The notes beneath the pieces are model-generated. The model was not told the origin of the DNA. It saw only the letters and a program-made list of their open reading frames with translations, and made no database searches. From assembly GCF_001194135.2 (NCBI RefSeq), contig NC_068999.1, positions 21,307,507 through 21,341,537 of the forward strand: 34,031 nt of DNA, written 5' to 3'. The position numbers and the translations under genes are program-made. The DNA comes from Octopus bimaculoides (lineage: Eukaryota). Position 1 is the stretch's first letter, and each line of letters opens with the position of its first letter. This document shows, piece by piece, positions 33,025 to 34,031 of the stretch.

Positions 33025-33800
33025 TATAAGATGGTAGCAAAATGTTCCCGGACTAGTTATGTTTAATAATACATAACTTATTTACCTAAGTTTTAACATA
33101 ATCTTCTTCGAGACAGTCACCTTGCACAGCAATACACCGGTCCCAGCGTTCCTGCCACTTTTGGGATCCGGCCTAGAAGTCGTTTTCCGTAAGCGAATCG
33201 AGAACCTTCTGCGATTCGCTCTGGATCTCGAGAACGGTGTTAAAATGGCGACTTTTGAGTAACATTTTCATCTTGAGGAAGATATGGAGGTCTTCAGGTG
33301 CTAAATGTGGCGAATAGGGGTGCAGAAGCGATACTATGTTGTCTTGGGCGAGAAATTCACGAGTGAGAAGAGCTCGGCAAGATGGCACATTGTCGACGTG
33401 AAGAGTCAAATTCTTCGCGCTCCACAGAACCGAATTTCGCCGAATTTCCTCCCTCAAACGTCTCAAAACGTTGCAGTAGAACTCTCGATCGACAGTCTGG
33501 TAATGGCGGGGGGCGATTCTCGCTGCATGGTACCACATTTCCGGGGATGACAATCGTGGCAAGTCTTCCAGATCACTCATCGTCTTCCAAGGACGTTTTT
33601 CCGCTTTTGAAGCGCTGATGCCACTGGAAACAATGCGTACTACCCATTGTCTCGTTGCCGTAAGCTTACCGAAGCATGCTCAACGTCTCTGTAGCAGATG
33701 TCCCAAGTCTAACGCAAAATTTTAAGTTGGTTTTTTTGTTCCAACTTCTTGTCCATGACAAAATCGAAGATTGCAGCATACACATGATCACAAAAAGTCA
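33025..33800 (-). mobile_element. Internally deleted mariner transposon; transposase pseudogene
   Basis: N-terminus from ATG 33756: MDKKLEQK..LKFCVRLGTSATETLSMLR*AYGNETMG..FQWHQRFKSGKTSLEDDE*SGR. C-terminus: QTVDREFYCNVLRRLRE..HVDNVPSC..HPYSPHLAPEDLHIFLKMK..SRHFNTVLEIQ..KWQERWDRCIAVQGD. A 3' TIR-like tataagatggtagcaaaatgttcccggac lies at 33025-33053; the 5' TIR is not seen. Confidence 0.9.
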
Positions 33801-34031
33801 AATTATTATTACTGAGGCAGCAAGAGGATTAATTCTTATCTATGGATACATACATACATTCATACATACATACATTCATACATACATACATACATATATA
33901 CATGCATACATACACACACAAACGTGCGCGCGTATATATAAGAGCCGAATCGTTTGTCGGATGGGAGTTCTTCTGAAGATTTCTCCTGCTGTGTGCAGCG
34001 AGTTTCTGTTATGCATAGTGTCACGAACAAA

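Noticed and set aside
33612-33640. CTGATGC-CACTG-GAAAC..GTA
   Set aside because: Antisense of mariner coding sequence; lacks helix I and A9.
1-34031. CRISPR array, rRNA or prokaryotic operon
   Set aside because: No equal-length repeat-spacer array or prokaryotic gene organisation; the five-unit SINE array has long, highly diverged units.

Overview
AT-rich, gapped (N-runs) eukaryotic non-coding DNA, intronic or intergenic, with no complete protein-coding gene. The dense (GT)n/(AT)n/(GATA)n microsatellites and the tRNA-derived SINE families look like an octopus or other coleoid cephalopod genome; this is inferred from recalled repeat families, not from a search. Most long ORFs in the track are artefacts of microsatellites and N-gaps. 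Recognisable content: more than 20 SINE copies or fragments of three families; a CRE-like restriction-endonuclease non-LTR retrotransposon 3' end; Tx1/L1-like and RTE-like LINE fragments; a Tigger/pogo-type MITE; an internally deleted mariner; a Mutator-like element with an open FLYWCH domain; and one candidate host exon. The least explained signal is a set of minimal type-I hammerhead-ribozyme-like motifs of the kind carried by Penelope-like element terminal repeats: a near-canonical one at 4551-4609 and variants at 3678-3726, 21218-21265, 21391-21434 and 28668-28706. The last keeps every helix but swaps the C3-G8 tertiary pair for A3-U8, which looks like a compensatory core variant. All calls were made by eye; no database search or folding program was run.
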